Sequence record: NZ_CP069608.1
DNA length: 64,000 bases
DNA from: a plasmid
Direction: 5' to 3' (one strand)
The position numbers and the translations under genes are program-made. The notes under the pieces are model-generated. The model was not told where the DNA came from, searched no databases, and saw nothing but the letters and a program-made list of their open reading frames with translations. Shown one piece after another: positions 20,597 to 29,994 of this stretch (position 1 is its first letter; every line of letters starts with the position of its first letter).

Positions 20597-21278
20597 AATG
20601 CCAACTATTTTGTTAGTTGATGATGAATCAAGGATGTTAGATCTACTTGAACTTTATCTTACTCCAAATGGTTTTATATGTATTAAATTTGATTCTGGTA
20701 TTGAGGCATTAAACTATCTAGAAGAAGGAAATGAAGCTGATTTAATGCTCTTGGATATTATGATGCCCGATAAAGATGGATGGGAGATATGTCATGAAGT
20801 TAGAAGTAGTTCCAAAATTCCAGTAATAATGCTAACCGCACGTAATCAAACCATTGATATAATAAAGGGTTTGAATACAGGAGCTGATGATTATATCGTT
20901 AAACCCTTTAGTGAAGGAGAACTGATTGCTCGCCTTAGAGCAGTATTAAGGAGAGTTTCAACAGAAAATGAGGAGATTAACTATAAAGGATTATTATGGA
21001 GTCGAGAAAATCACCTGTTAAAATATGAAGATCAGGAAATACAAGTGACTCCAAAAGAATTTAAATTAGTAGGATTGCTCTTACAATACCCAAATAGAGT
21101 GTTTAGTCGTGAAGATTTATTAACCTCAGTATGGGGATACGATGCTGAAATTGAAGGAAGAACAATTGATTCACATGTGCGAAATGTAAGAGATAAACTA
21201 CGTAAAGCAAACTTTCCTGTAGATGACCACCTTCAAACTGTGTGGGGGCTAGGCTATAAATGGGTAGACAGCAATTAA
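20589..21278 (+). CDS. OmpR-family response regulator (receiver + winged helix)
   Basis: 229 aa; LLVDDE receiver start; overlaps the kinase stop. Confidence 0.9.
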   Translation: MFRMPTILLVDDESRMLDLLELYLTPNGFICIKFDSGIEALNYLEEGNEADLMLLDIMMPDKDGWEICHEVRSSSKIPVIMLTARNQTIDIIKGLNTGADDYIVKPFSEGELIARLRAVLRRVSTENEEINYKGLLWSRENHLLKYEDQEIQVTPKEFKLVGLLLQYPNRVFSREDLLTSVWGYDAEIEGRTIDSHVRNVRDKLRKANFPVDDHLQTVWGLGYKWVDSN

Positions 21279-21826
21279 AGCAAGTTGTTGTTGAGTGGTT
21301 ATCTACCAATGAACTTATAGCCATATTAATTAGTCTATCCCTTAACATTGTCATAAGTATTTTAGGCATTGTACCTAGTGTATTTCTTACAGCTGCAAAC
21401 TTGAAAATATTTGGTTTTTGGGAAGGGACTATCATTTCATTTTTAGGAGAAGTTATAGGAACAAGTGTATCTTTTTGGTTATATAAAAAGGGATTTAAAT
21501 CAGTTTTAAGAAACAAGACGCAGAATCAACCTAAACTAGATAAACTCTTATCAACTACAGGAAAAGATGCTTTTTCTCTAGTTATAGGCCTGCGCTTATT
21601 ACCTTTTACACCTTCTGGATTGGTTACATTCCTTGCTGCTGTTGGAAATATGAGCTTTTCAATATTTTTCTTAGCCAGTACATTAGGAAAAATCCCTGCC
21701 ATAGTCTTAGAATCCTATTCAACATATCAAGTGGTGAACTTAACGTTAGAAGGAAAAGTAATTTTAGCAGGGTTAGCGTTGATTTTAATTCTTTATGCCG
21801 TAAGGCGTAAAAAAACGAACAAATAA
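21260..21826 (+). CDS. DedA/TVP38/TMEM64 family membrane protein, overlapping the response regulator stop
   Basis: 188 aa; SNARE-associated-like signature FGFWEGTIISFLGEVIGTSVSFWLYKKG. Confidence 0.65.
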   Translation: MGRQQLKQVVVEWLSTNELIAILISLSLNIVISILGIVPSVFLTAANLKIFGFWEGTIISFLGEVIGTSVSFWLYKKGFKSVLRNKTQNQPKLDKLLSTTGKDAFSLVIGLRLLPFTPSGLVTFLAAVGNMSFSIFFLASTLGKIPAIVLESYSTYQVVNLTLEGKVILAGLALILILYAVRRKKTNK

Positions 21827-21940
21827 AATATTATTGCTCCCTAGTCTAACAGAATAACTCTCACAATCTTTTTTGCTTATTGCAAGGGTATTCATTAATT
21901 TTTTTTAAAAAAGGGCATTTAACCCTTCGCATAGGGTACA

Positions 21941-21962
21941 GGGGTACCGTATAATATAATTA
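21941..21962. promoter_or_regulatory. Putative CsoR operator: GC-rich pseudo-palindrome ATAGGGTACAGGGGTACCGTAT abutting a tataat -10
   Basis: ATAccc..ggggTAT-type dyad directly upstream of csoR. Confidence 0.4.
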
Positions 21963-21979
21963 TGAAAGGAGGAAATTAA

Positions 21980-22312
21980 ATGGATGAATTAGAAAAAATC
22001 ACTGACAATGATAGTTGTTGTTCTATAAATAATGAACGTAGAAGTCATCACTCTCCAGAAGTGAAGAAAAACCTAACTAGTAGATTGAATCGCATAGAAG
22101 GACAAATTCGAGGGATTAAAGGATTAATTGAGAAAGATACTTATTGTGACGATATAATTACTCAAATTGCAGCCGTACAATCTGCTTTAAACGGTGTAAG
22201 TAAGATATTACTTGAAGGACACCTTAAACATTGTATAGTTGAGCGTGTTCAAGAAGGAGATAAAGAAGTAGTAGATGAATTATTGACAACAATTAAACGA
22301 CTAATGAAATAA
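21980..22312 (+). CDS. csoR: CsoR family copper-sensing transcriptional repressor
   Basis: 110 aa; LNRIEGQIRGI...YCDDI...HLKHC (C-H-C copper ligands). Confidence 0.85.
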   Translation: MDELEKITDNDSCCSINNERRSHHSPEVKKNLTSRLNRIEGQIRGIKGLIEKDTYCDDIITQIAAVQSALNGVSKILLEGHLKHCIVERVQEGDKEVVDELLTTIKRLMK

Positions 22313-22320
22313 AAAAGGAG

Positions 22321-22536
22321 ATGTTAAGAATGGAAAAAGTAACGTTAACAGTTAAAGGAATGTCTTGTGGTCATTGTGTGAAATCTATTGAAGGAAGTGT
22401 TGGTGAACTTAACGGTGTACAACATGTAGAGGTAAATCTAAATGAAGCAAAGGTGTCCGTTGAATTTGATCAAAACAAAGTATCGTTAGAATCAATTAAA
22501 GAAGATATTGATGACCAAGGTTATGAAGTAGCCTAA
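22321..22536 (+). CDS. copZ: Copper chaperone CopZ (HMA domain)
   Basis: 71 aa; GMSCGHCV metal-binding motif. Confidence 0.9.
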   Translation: MLRMEKVTLTVKGMSCGHCVKSIEGSVGELNGVQHVEVNLNEAKVSVEFDQNKVSLESIKEDIDDQGYEVA

Positions 22537-22617
22537 ATAAAATAGCGTGCGAATACTTCCGCACGCTTCCTTTAGGAATTGAATATACCTAATAGGGGTA
22601 TAATAGGAGGTTATAAA

Positions 22618-25035
22618 ATGAGCGAACAGCAAAAAGAAACCACTTTACAAATTAGTGGCATGACCTGTGCAGCTTGTGCAAACCGTATCGAAAAAGGATT
22701 AAAGAAAATTGATGGTGTTCAGGATGCTAACGTAAATTTTGCATTAGAAAGATCAACCATTGTTTATGATCCATCAAAAACAACTACTCAAGATTTTGAA
22801 CAAAAAATTCAAAAATTAGGTTATGACATTGTAAATGAAAAAGATGAATTTAGTATTACAGGCATGACTTGCGCAGCTTGTGCAAACCGAATTGAAAAAG
22901 GCTTGAATAAATTAGAGGGAGTCTCAAAGGCCACAGTCAATTTCGCATTAGAAACAGCAACAGTAGAATATACCCCCTCCCAGGTAAGCACAACAGAAAT
23001 GATTCAGCGAGTAGAAAAACTGGGATATGGAGCTATATTAAAGTCAGAAGAAAAAGAAGAAAATCTTAATCATCGAGAGAAAGAAATTGAAAAACAAAAA
23101 GGGAAGTTTTGGTTTTCACTTATTCTAAGTTTCCCTCTGTTATGGGCAATGGTTAGTCACTTTTCATTTACTTCGTTTATTCCACTACCCGCCATGTTAA
23201 TGAACCCATGGGTTCAATTAACTCTAGCAACTCCAGTACAGTTTATTGTAGGTAAACAATTTTACGTAGGTGCTTTCAAAGCACTCCGTAATAAAAGCGC
23301 AAATATGGATGTTCTCGTCGCCCTGGGAACCAGTGCAGCATATTTCTATAGTTTATATGTTTCAATTAAATCAATAGGCTCAAACGCTCCTATGATTGAA
23401 CTATATTATGAAACAAGTGCCGTATTACTCACACTTATTATATTAGGTAAATTATTTGAAGCAAATGCTAAGGGACGTTCTTCTGAGGCTATCAAAAAAC
23501 TTATGGGTTTACAGGCAAAAACAGCAACTGTTTTACGAAATGGTGAGGAAGTTGAGATTCCCATTGAAGAAGTACAATCAGGAGATATTGTTTATGTAAA
23601 ACCTGGTGAAAAGGTACCTGTGGATGGGGAAATTGTAGAAGGTCAATCAGCCTTAGATGAATCCATGTTAACAGGAGAAAGTGTTCCAGTAGACAAAACC
23701 ATTGGAGATGCAGTCATTGGAGCAACAATCAATAAAAATGGATTTTTAAAAGTAAAAGCGACAAAAGTCGGAAGAGACACAGCTTTAGCACAAATTATTA
23801 AAGTAGTGGAAGAAGCTCAGGGTTCAAAAGCACCTATTCAACGATTAGCTGACCAAATTTCCGGCATATTTGTTCCAATTGTAGTTGGTATTGCAATTGT
23901 AACCTTTTTAATTTGGTATATCTGGGTTCAACCAGGTGATTTTGCTTTAGCACTAGAAAAATTAATTGCCGTATTAGTAATTGCTTGTCCATGTGCATTA
24001 GGGTTAGCAACTCCAACTTCTATTATGGCAGGATCAGGTCGTGCAGCAGAGTTTGGTATTTTATTTAAAGGTGGAGAACACTTAGAAACTACTCATAAAA
24101 TCAATACCATTATCTTAGATAAAACAGGTACAGTCACAAACGGTACTCCTGAATTGACCGACGTATTTGTATCAAGTGGAATTGAAAATCAGGAGTTTTT
24201 AGAGTTAGTAGGTTCAGCTGAACGACAGTCTGAGCACCCTCTTGCTCAAGCAATTGTTGAAGGCATAAAGGTAAAAGGAATTAAGCTTGTTAGTCCTTCA
24301 TCGTTTGAAGCTATTCCTGGTTTTGGGATTAAAGCTGTTGTAAATGAGAAAGAGTTATTAGTTGGAACACGTAAATTAATGAACCAGAATAATATCCAAA
24401 TTGATAATGATTTAAAAAAAATGATTGAGTTAGAACGTGAAGGAAAAACAGCCATGCTGGTTGCTATTAATGGTCAATACGCAGGATTAATTGCTGTAGC
24501 TGATACCATCAAAGAAACTTCGAAAGAAGCTGTCACTCGATTAAAAGAGATGGGTTTAGAAGTCATTATGATTACGGGTGATAATAAGCAAACTGCCCAA
24601 GCAATTGCTCAGCAAGTAGGTATTGAACATGTCATTGCTGAGGTATTGCCTGAAGGAAAAGCTGAGGAAGTGAAAAAACTCCAACATCAAGGTAAAAAAG
24701 TAGCGATGGTTGGAGACGGCATTAATGATGCACCTGCTTTAGCATTAGCTGATATCGGAATGGCCATTGGTACCGGTACAGATGTGGCGATGGAGGCTGC
24801 TGATATTACCTTAATGCGTGGTGATTTAAACAGTATTGCTGATGCGATCTTTATGAGTAAAAAGACAATCCAAAATATTAAACAAAATTTATTTTGGGCA
24901 TTTGGGTATAACACACTAGGTATACCGATTGCTGCGATTGGTTTATTAGCTCCTTGGTTAGCAGGCGCAGCAATGGCCTTTAGTTCTGTTTCTGTCGTTC
25001 TGAATGCACTAAGATTGCAAAGAGTGAAATTATAA
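22618..25035 (+). CDS. copA: Copper-translocating P1B-type ATPase CopA
   Basis: Two N-terminal [18 protein letters not shown] domains; CPC, DKTGT and GDGINDAP motifs. Start taken at MSEQQ with a ggagg RBS (the ORF track starts at 22579). Confidence 0.95.
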   Translation: MSEQQKETTLQISGMTCAACANRIEKGLKKIDGVQDANVNFALERSTIVYDPSKTTTQDFEQKIQKLGYDIVNEKDEFSITGMTCAACANRIEKGLNKLEGVSKATVNFALETATVEYTPSQVSTTEMIQRVEKLGYGAILKSEEKEENLNHREKEIEKQKGKFWFSLILSFPLLWAMVSHFSFTSFIPLPAMLMNPWVQLTLATPVQFIVGKQFYVGAFKALRNKSANMDVLVALGTSAAYFYSLYVSIKSIGSNAPMIELYYETSAVLLTLIILGKLFEANAKGRSSEAIKKLMGLQAKTATVLRNGEEVEIPIEEVQSGDIVYVKPGEKVPVDGEIVEGQSALDESMLTGESVPVDKTIGDAVIGATINKNGFLKVKATKVGRDTALAQIIKVVEEAQGSKAPIQRLADQISGIFVPIVVGIAIVTFLIWYIWVQPGDFALALEKLIAVLVIACPCALGLATPTSIMAGSGRAAEFGILFKGGEHLETTHKINTIILDKTGTVTNGTPELTDVFVSSGIENQEFLELVGSAERQSEHPLAQAIVEGIKVKGIKLVSPSSFEAIPGFGIKAVVNEKELLVGTRKLMNQNNIQIDNDLKKMIELEREGKTAMLVAINGQYAGLIAVADTIKETSKEAVTRLKEMGLEVIMITGDNKQTAQAIAQQVGIEHVIAEVLPEGKAEEVKKLQHQGKKVAMVGDGINDAPALALADIGMAIGTGTDVAMEAADITLMRGDLNSIADAIFMSKKTIQNIKQNLFWAFGYNTLGIPIAAIGLLAPWLAGAAMAFSSVSVVLNALRLQRVKL

Positions 25036-25049
25036 AGGAGTGTAAGGAA

Positions 25050-25214
25050 ATGAAAAAATGGATTGTTTCAGCTGTTTTATATCTCCTTATTGTTATAGCT
25101 GCTTATGCTATTTGGGCGAGTTTCAATGAGAGTCCAAAGAATGAACACCAAAATCATCAATCGATCTCTTATCCTACGCCGATTGAAAAAAGTTATAACA
25201 TTAGGGTGCGATAG
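25050..25214 (+). CDS. 54 aa single-TM protein immediately after copA (not in the ORF track)
   Basis: ATG with aaaggagtgtaagg RBS; MKKWIVSAVLYLLIVIAAYAIWASF... Confidence 0.35.
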   Translation: MKKWIVSAVLYLLIVIAAYAIWASFNESPKNEHQNHQSISYPTPIEKSYNIRVR

Positions 25215-25216
25215 AG

Positions 25217-25546
25217 ATGGATATGCAGGGAGTACAAAAACATGTGTTAATCTGTAATGGAAAAAGCTGCGTCAAGAATGGTGGAGAACAAGTCGCAGAA
25301 GCGATTCGTGATGAGATAAAGAAAAGTGGTTGTACTAAATTTATTCATACAACTAAGACGTTATGTAACGGTCAGTGTAAAAATGGAGCTATTACAATTC
25401 TGTATCCTGATGGTATCTGGTATAAAGAAATGGACGAAGACTCTGGAAGGAAGCTTATTAAAGAGATAAACACTCCCATTCCTTTAGAGCAAAAGATCCT
25501 ATTGGACTATAAAAACCACCAATTTACTGAAAAGAAAACAGAATAG
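25217..25546 (+). CDS. Thioredoxin-like [2Fe-2S] ferredoxin family protein
   Basis: 109 aa with four spaced Cys (CNGKSC...C...CNGQC). Confidence 0.5.
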   Translation: MDMQGVQKHVLICNGKSCVKNGGEQVAEAIRDEIKKSGCTKFIHTTKTLCNGQCKNGAITILYPDGIWYKEMDEDSGRKLIKEINTPIPLEQKILLDYKNHQFTEKKTE

Positions 25547-25874
25547 CAAAAAGAGTTTAGCTTTTCTTTAGCTAAACTCTTTTTCTATACAGCTAAGGTA
25601 ACAAATTTTCACGAAAAAAGGAAGTCTAACAGAATAATCTAATTATCTTCAAACTTTCTCTACAGTTTCATGGTTTAAATATTAAGATTATCGTTCTTTT
25701 ATTATGTTTCTAAAATTATTAGGTCATTCTATAAGGTGAAATTATTTAATTCTCACTAAAACTGCACAAAAACTGCACAAAATTTATTTATGCTAAAGAA
25801 ATAAAGTAATAGGAAAGTTTCTCATTTATACCATTGTTTTATTAAAGAGCGAATTCTATTGCTCAGAAAGAGGG

Positions 25875-26447
25875 ATGAAAATGAAAAAACAACTTTTTAT
25901 TCTTGGAGTAGCAACAATTATAGGGCTGAGTGGTTGTGGAAATAATTCCAGCAATGATGATCAATCAAGTAATAAAAAGGAGTCAAATCAATCAGAGATG
26001 GATCACTCCAAGATGAATCATTCCGGTTCAAGCGAGGTTCCTGAAGGTTTACAAGAAGCGAAGAACCCAACATATAAGTTGGGAAGCGAAGCAACTATTA
26101 AAGCAGATCACATGAAAGGTATGAACGGTGCTAAAGCGACAATTGTTGGGGCTTATGATACTACAGTTTATACAGTTTCTTATACACCAACTACTGGTGG
26201 AGAAAAAGTAGCAAATCATAAATGGGTCATTCAAGAAGAAATTAAGGACGCTGATGATAAAACGTTAAAGCCAGGAACTGAAGTTACTCTAGAAGCAGAT
26301 CACATGGAAGGTATGAAAGGCGCAAAAGCAACAATTGACTCAGCTGAAAAAACTACTGTATATATGGTTGATTACACACCAACTACTGGTGGAGAAAAGG
26401 TAACAAATCATAAATGGGTTACAGAAAATGAACTTTCTGCTAAATAA
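25875..26447 (+). CDS. Lipoprotein with two DUF1541 (YdhK-like) domains
   Basis: Lipobox LSGC; internal duplication DHMKGMNGAKATIVGAYDTTVYTVSYTPTTGGEKVANHKWV / DHMEGMKGAKATIDSAEKTTVYMVDYTPTTGGEKVTNHKWV. Confidence 0.75.
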   Translation: MKMKKQLFILGVATIIGLSGCGNNSSNDDQSSNKKESNQSEMDHSKMNHSGSSEVPEGLQEAKNPTYKLGSEATIKADHMKGMNGAKATIVGAYDTTVYTVSYTPTTGGEKVANHKWVIQEEIKDADDKTLKPGTEVTLEADHMEGMKGAKATIDSAEKTTVYMVDYTPTTGGEKVTNHKWVTENELSAK

Positions 26448-26613
26448 AGCAAGCCTAGAGATTATTCAATAATGCAATTAAAATATATTACGTAGGTAAT
26501 ACCTCTGAAACATATAGATTTCAGAGGTATTCTTTTCACCCTATATATTTTTAATTTAAAAATAAAAGGAGGAATAGCCATTTGCCATTTCTCCCTTTAT
26601 AGGTAGCAATTTT

Positions 26614-26943
26614 TTAAGATGCTAATTTCCTACATTCTTCTGCGCATTTCAAACAAGCATCTGCGCACTTTTGACAGTGTTCATGGTCATGTTTTTTACA
26701 CACGTTTCCACATGCTTCACAAATTTGAGCGCATGCCTGAGCTAATTCAGAGACAAAGGGTGTTCCTCTCCCTAAAGCTTGTTCCAAATACGCACAAATA
26801 TCTGCGCACTCACGGTCAAGGCGAATACATTCAACCATCATATTTACATTTTCTTCTTTTAAACATGCATCATAACAATGATTACATGCAGTCATACATT
26901 CATGTAACGTTTGAATAACAAATTGATAGTTTTCATGTGACAA
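26614..26943 (-). CDS. Cys-rich four-helix-bundle copper-binding protein (DUF326, Csp3-like copper storage protein)
   Basis: 109 aa, ~18 Cys in CxxxC heptad-like spacing. Confidence 0.7.
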   Translation of the reverse strand: MSHENYQFVIQTLHECMTACNHCYDACLKEENVNMMVECIRLDRECADICAYLEQALGRGTPFVSELAQACAQICEACGNVCKKHDHEHCQKCADACLKCAEECRKLAS

Positions 26944-27067
26944 GTTAAAATTCCTCCTCTAAATTTGCGTTCTCTCTATTACAATAGACTAACATTCGGT
27001 TTATTAAACATAATAAGATATATTGTTATATCTTTTACATATTCATAAAATCTCATAGGGAGGTTAT

Positions 27068-27430
27068 TTAGCTGACACTTGCCATAACACGGCATTCTCT
27101 GGCACAGTCTAAACACATTTGAGCACACATCTGTGATTGTTGATCAGAAAACCTTGAACATTCATAGGCACATGCCTTACAAGTATAAGCACAGAATTTG
27201 CAAGCGTTTCTCATAGACTTGCTGTTGCGCGATACTAATTGCGTACATAATATACAAATATCACAACAATCTCTAAGTAATTGGATTTGTTGAACTCTGG
27301 CATGTACATCAGGACTATGCAGAGAGAAATTTATTGTTTGTTCACACATTATCACGCAGTCTTGAAGTATTTTCATCATATTTTGAAACATATTTACATC
27401 CATCATGCTTTTTCCCCCTATTTGGTTCAT
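27068..27430 (-). CDS. Second DUF326/Csp-like Cys-rich four-helix-bundle protein (tandem paralog)
   Basis: 120 aa, Cys-rich with the same CxxxC periodicity. Confidence 0.65.
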   Translation of the reverse strand: MNQIGGKSMMDVNMFQNMMKILQDCVIMCEQTINFSLHSPDVHARVQQIQLLRDCCDICILCTQLVSRNSKSMRNACKFCAYTCKACAYECSRFSDQQSQMCAQMCLDCARECRVMASVS

Positions 27431-27669
27431 TTAACACGATATTTTATGTAGATACTCTTCTCCATAGAATCCTATCAAAACGTTAGAGGGTCTAAAATTT
27501 GTTCTTCACCAAACCACGGAGGTAAAAACTCTAACAAAACAACCAATATACAAGCAATTTTCTGGTCAACTTAATCCCTTCTCTTCGAAATGTTGTTTCA
27601 CATCTAAGTTTGTTTCTTTTATACTTTAAAACATAGAGATATGTAAATTGAAGGCGGTGAAAGTAACAT

Positions 27670-28074
27670 ATGAGTGAAAACCATAATGAATTACTATCAA
27701 ATATCTTAGGACCTCTTGAATTAGAAGTAATGAAAGTTCTTTGGTCTAAGAAAGAAGCAACTGTTCAGGAAGTATTAGCAGATTTAAATAAACAAAATGA
27801 GTATGCTTACACCACAATCATGACGATTATGAATCGTTTAGATAAAAAGAGAATTCTTACACGTAATAAGGTAGGAAAGGGATATCAATATAAAGCTCGT
27901 TATAATCAGGATGAGCTTGTTCAACATACTTCATCTAAGAAGGTCGAACAACTTCTTGGAAACTATGGTGATGTTGCTATTGCACAGTTTGTCGATGCTG
28001 TTGGCCATAATCCAGATCAGCTAAATAAATTGAAACAACTTATTCAAAATTTAGAGAATGGGGAAGAATCGTGA
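27670..28074 (+). CDS. BlaI/MecI/CopY family transcriptional repressor
   Basis: 134 aa; penicillinase-repressor winged helix LGPLELEVMKVLWSKKEATVQEVLADL...YTTIMTIMNRLDKK. Confidence 0.85.
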   Translation: MSENHNELLSNILGPLELEVMKVLWSKKEATVQEVLADLNKQNEYAYTTIMTIMNRLDKKRILTRNKVGKGYQYKARYNQDELVQHTSSKKVEQLLGNYGDVAIAQFVDAVGHNPDQLNKLKQLIQNLENGEES

Positions 28075-28928
28075 TGCAATTATCTCGTCAGTATAGCATT
28101 TACATTGCATTTCTAGTTAGTATTACAGGTTCCTTTTCTCTCTGTTTTTTCGCCTATCACCATAAAGGGGAAAGTTTTTGGGATGGTATGCTTATGTGTT
28201 GTAATAGTCATTCGTGGGAACAAGTATTCAAGGTATTGGTTATCTTACTAGCGGTCTTATGTATATTATTTATCGTTTATTTTGTGGGAATTGTTCAAAA
28301 GACAAAACAATTTCTTTCTACCCTAATCCCTTATAAAGTGAGAGGATTTTTTTCTCAAGAGATAGAAACATTTCAAAAAAAATATTCAATACAAATTCAT
28401 ATTATCAATGATAAACGACCTATAGCTTTTACCTATGGGTTTGTTTTTCCTCAAATTATTATAAGTACAGGGCTCCTTCAATTGTTAGATTCAGATGAGA
28501 TAGAAGCTGTTTTAGAACATGAATATTGTCACTATAAAAATAAGGATCCTTTTAAATTGTCATTATATAAATGTTTAGCACGCCTATTCTTTTTCTTGCC
28601 CATAACTGAAAAAATATTGAAACGCTATGTCACTCAAAAAGAATTAGCTGCAGATGCTTTTGCAATTGAACAAGTTGGGCTAAAACCAGTTGCTTCAGCT
28701 CTATATAAATTAATGACATATTCTTCACCTCTATCTTTCTCAATAGCTCATTTTCAAAATAATGATCTCAAAGATGTTCGTATTGAATTTCTTTTGACAG
28801 GTACACATACCAGGGCTTCTCTGAGCAAAAAAGAATGGACAGTCTCGGTTCTACATCTTATTTTTATTACGCTGATAGCAGGATGTGTGTCATATTTGTG
28901 GCAAAATATATCTTCTATGATTTTATAA
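28071..28928 (+). CDS. BlaR1/MecR1-like M56 family membrane metalloprotease lacking the C-terminal penicillin-binding sensor domain
   Basis: 285 aa; TM segments; HEYCHY zinc site (HExxH); start overlaps the blaI-like stop; Cys/His-rich N-terminal region (CFFAYHH, MCCNSHS). Confidence 0.75.
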   Translation: MMQLSRQYSIYIAFLVSITGSFSLCFFAYHHKGESFWDGMLMCCNSHSWEQVFKVLVILLAVLCILFIVYFVGIVQKTKQFLSTLIPYKVRGFFSQEIETFQKKYSIQIHIINDKRPIAFTYGFVFPQIIISTGLLQLLDSDEIEAVLEHEYCHYKNKDPFKLSLYKCLARLFFFLPITEKILKRYVTQKELAADAFAIEQVGLKPVASALYKLMTYSSPLSFSIAHFQNNDLKDVRIEFLLTGTHTRASLSKKEWTVSVLHLIFITLIAGCVSYLWQNISSMIL

Positions 28929-28995
28929 TTACTACATAATTGTAGTAATGCATTGACTCCACTTTCACCATCTACTACAATTGTGTAGTAGATGG
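28929..28995. promoter_or_regulatory. Two perfect dyads carrying the BlaI/MecI/CopY-type TACA/TGTA core: TTACTACAtaatTGTAGTAA (28929-28948) and CCATCTACTACAattgTGTAGTAGATGG (28968-28995)
   Basis: Read directly; 50-120 nt upstream of the Met/Cys-repeat peptide gene. Confidence 0.6.
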
Positions 28996-29045
28996 TGTGT
29001 TCTATAGACTCCATCTCTATTCCATGTAAGAAGGAGAGGAAAAAC

Positions 29046-29285
29046 ATGAAAATAAAAAAAACAGTTGCGGGTTTATCCTTTGTTGCCCTAATGGCAGTTG
29101 GAGGAACAGTTTTTGCAGCTAGTCCAGCAGATCATAAACCTATGAGTGAAAAAGATTGTATGGAAATGAGTAAGAAAGACTGTATGAAGATGATGAAAAA
29201 TATGAGTGAAGAGGATTGTATGGAAATGATGAAAGGCATGAGTAAAAAAGATTGTATGAAAATGATGAAAGAGATGAAAAAATAA
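29046..29285 (+). CDS. Secreted 79 aa peptide with a signal peptide and four tandem KDCM(K/E)MMK Met/Cys-rich repeats (putative metal-binding)
   Basis: RBS aaggagagg; MKIKKTVAGLSFVALMAVGGTVFAASPADH followed by repeats. Confidence 0.6.
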   Translation: MKIKKTVAGLSFVALMAVGGTVFAASPADHKPMSEKDCMEMSKKDCMKMMKNMSEEDCMEMMKGMSKKDCMKMMKEMKK

Positions 29286-29339
29286 AGCTTTAGTGTAAGA
29301 AACCTATTATATCTAATATTAAAGTTATCATACTACTAA

Positions 29340-29378
29340 TCTAAGACAAGAGAGCCAACTTTTAATGTTGGCTTTTTT
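29340..29378 (+). terminator. Rho-independent terminator (agccaac..gttggct + T-run)
   Basis: Hairpin and T-tract directly after the peptide gene. Confidence 0.6.
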
Positions 29379-29675
29379 ATTTCATGTTAAATAACTTCCA
29401 ATGGCGAAATTTCAACCATATTGAGAGGCTTTTTAATACTGTCTTGGTGTCATTTAATGATACTTTATCGAACATGGTTAGCATATGGATCATATACTTC
29501 TGTAAGCAATAAAATACTTACTGATAAAATTATTGTTCCTACTAATAACAACCCATTACTTACAATTTTGTTGTTCTTTTTACCTAAAAAGAGGCCAAAA
29601 GGTTTTATAAACTAATAAGAATACCAGGAATCAAAAAGAAAGGAGCCTGATTATAATGAATTCAGGCTCCTTTAA

Positions 29676-29960
29676 TTAACAACAGCTATTATCCATTCCT
29701 ACTAATACAAAGCCTGACCCCTGAGGACTTTCTTGTACATCAAGCGTAAGACCTTCAGTTGAAGTTAATACTGTGTTTTCAATCGCTACTTGAATACCGT
29801 TGATTTCTTGTACTGTATCATTTTCAGCTGGTACATCTAACGATAAACCTATTTGAGGACCACAACATCCAGCACCTTCAGAATAGAAACGGATACCTTT
29901 TGCACCTTGTTTTGCGAATACGTCATCTAACATTTTTTTTGCTTCATTTGTGATATTCAT
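29676..29960 (-). CDS. HesB/IscA-like Fe-S cluster biosynthesis family small protein, last gene of the ars operon
   Basis: 94 aa; GCCGPQ...SCC Cys pattern. Confidence 0.45.
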   Translation of the reverse strand: MNITNEAKKMLDDVFAKQGAKGIRFYSEGAGCCGPQIGLSLDVPAENDTVQEINGIQVAIENTVLTSTEGLTLDVQESPQGSGFVLVGMDNSCC

Positions 29961-29994
29961 GAAATCTCTCCCTCTCTTTACCTTTGTTTACGGT

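Noticed and set aside
22579-22617. Upstream Met ([13 protein letters not shown]) as the copA start
   Set aside because: The ggagg RBS is positioned for the MSEQQ start at 22618, which also matches the usual CopA N-terminus. The upstream extension is probably not translated.
27431-27669. Looked for a TACA-N-TGTA BlaI-type dyad in the csp / blaI-like divergent promoter
   Set aside because: Only a weak ACATAgagaTATGT element with reversed half-site order was found. It is not convincing enough to annotate.
29421-29615. 64 aa plus-strand ORF between the Met/Cys peptide terminator and the ars operon terminator
   Set aside because: It lies between two terminators with no RBS. Likely non-coding.
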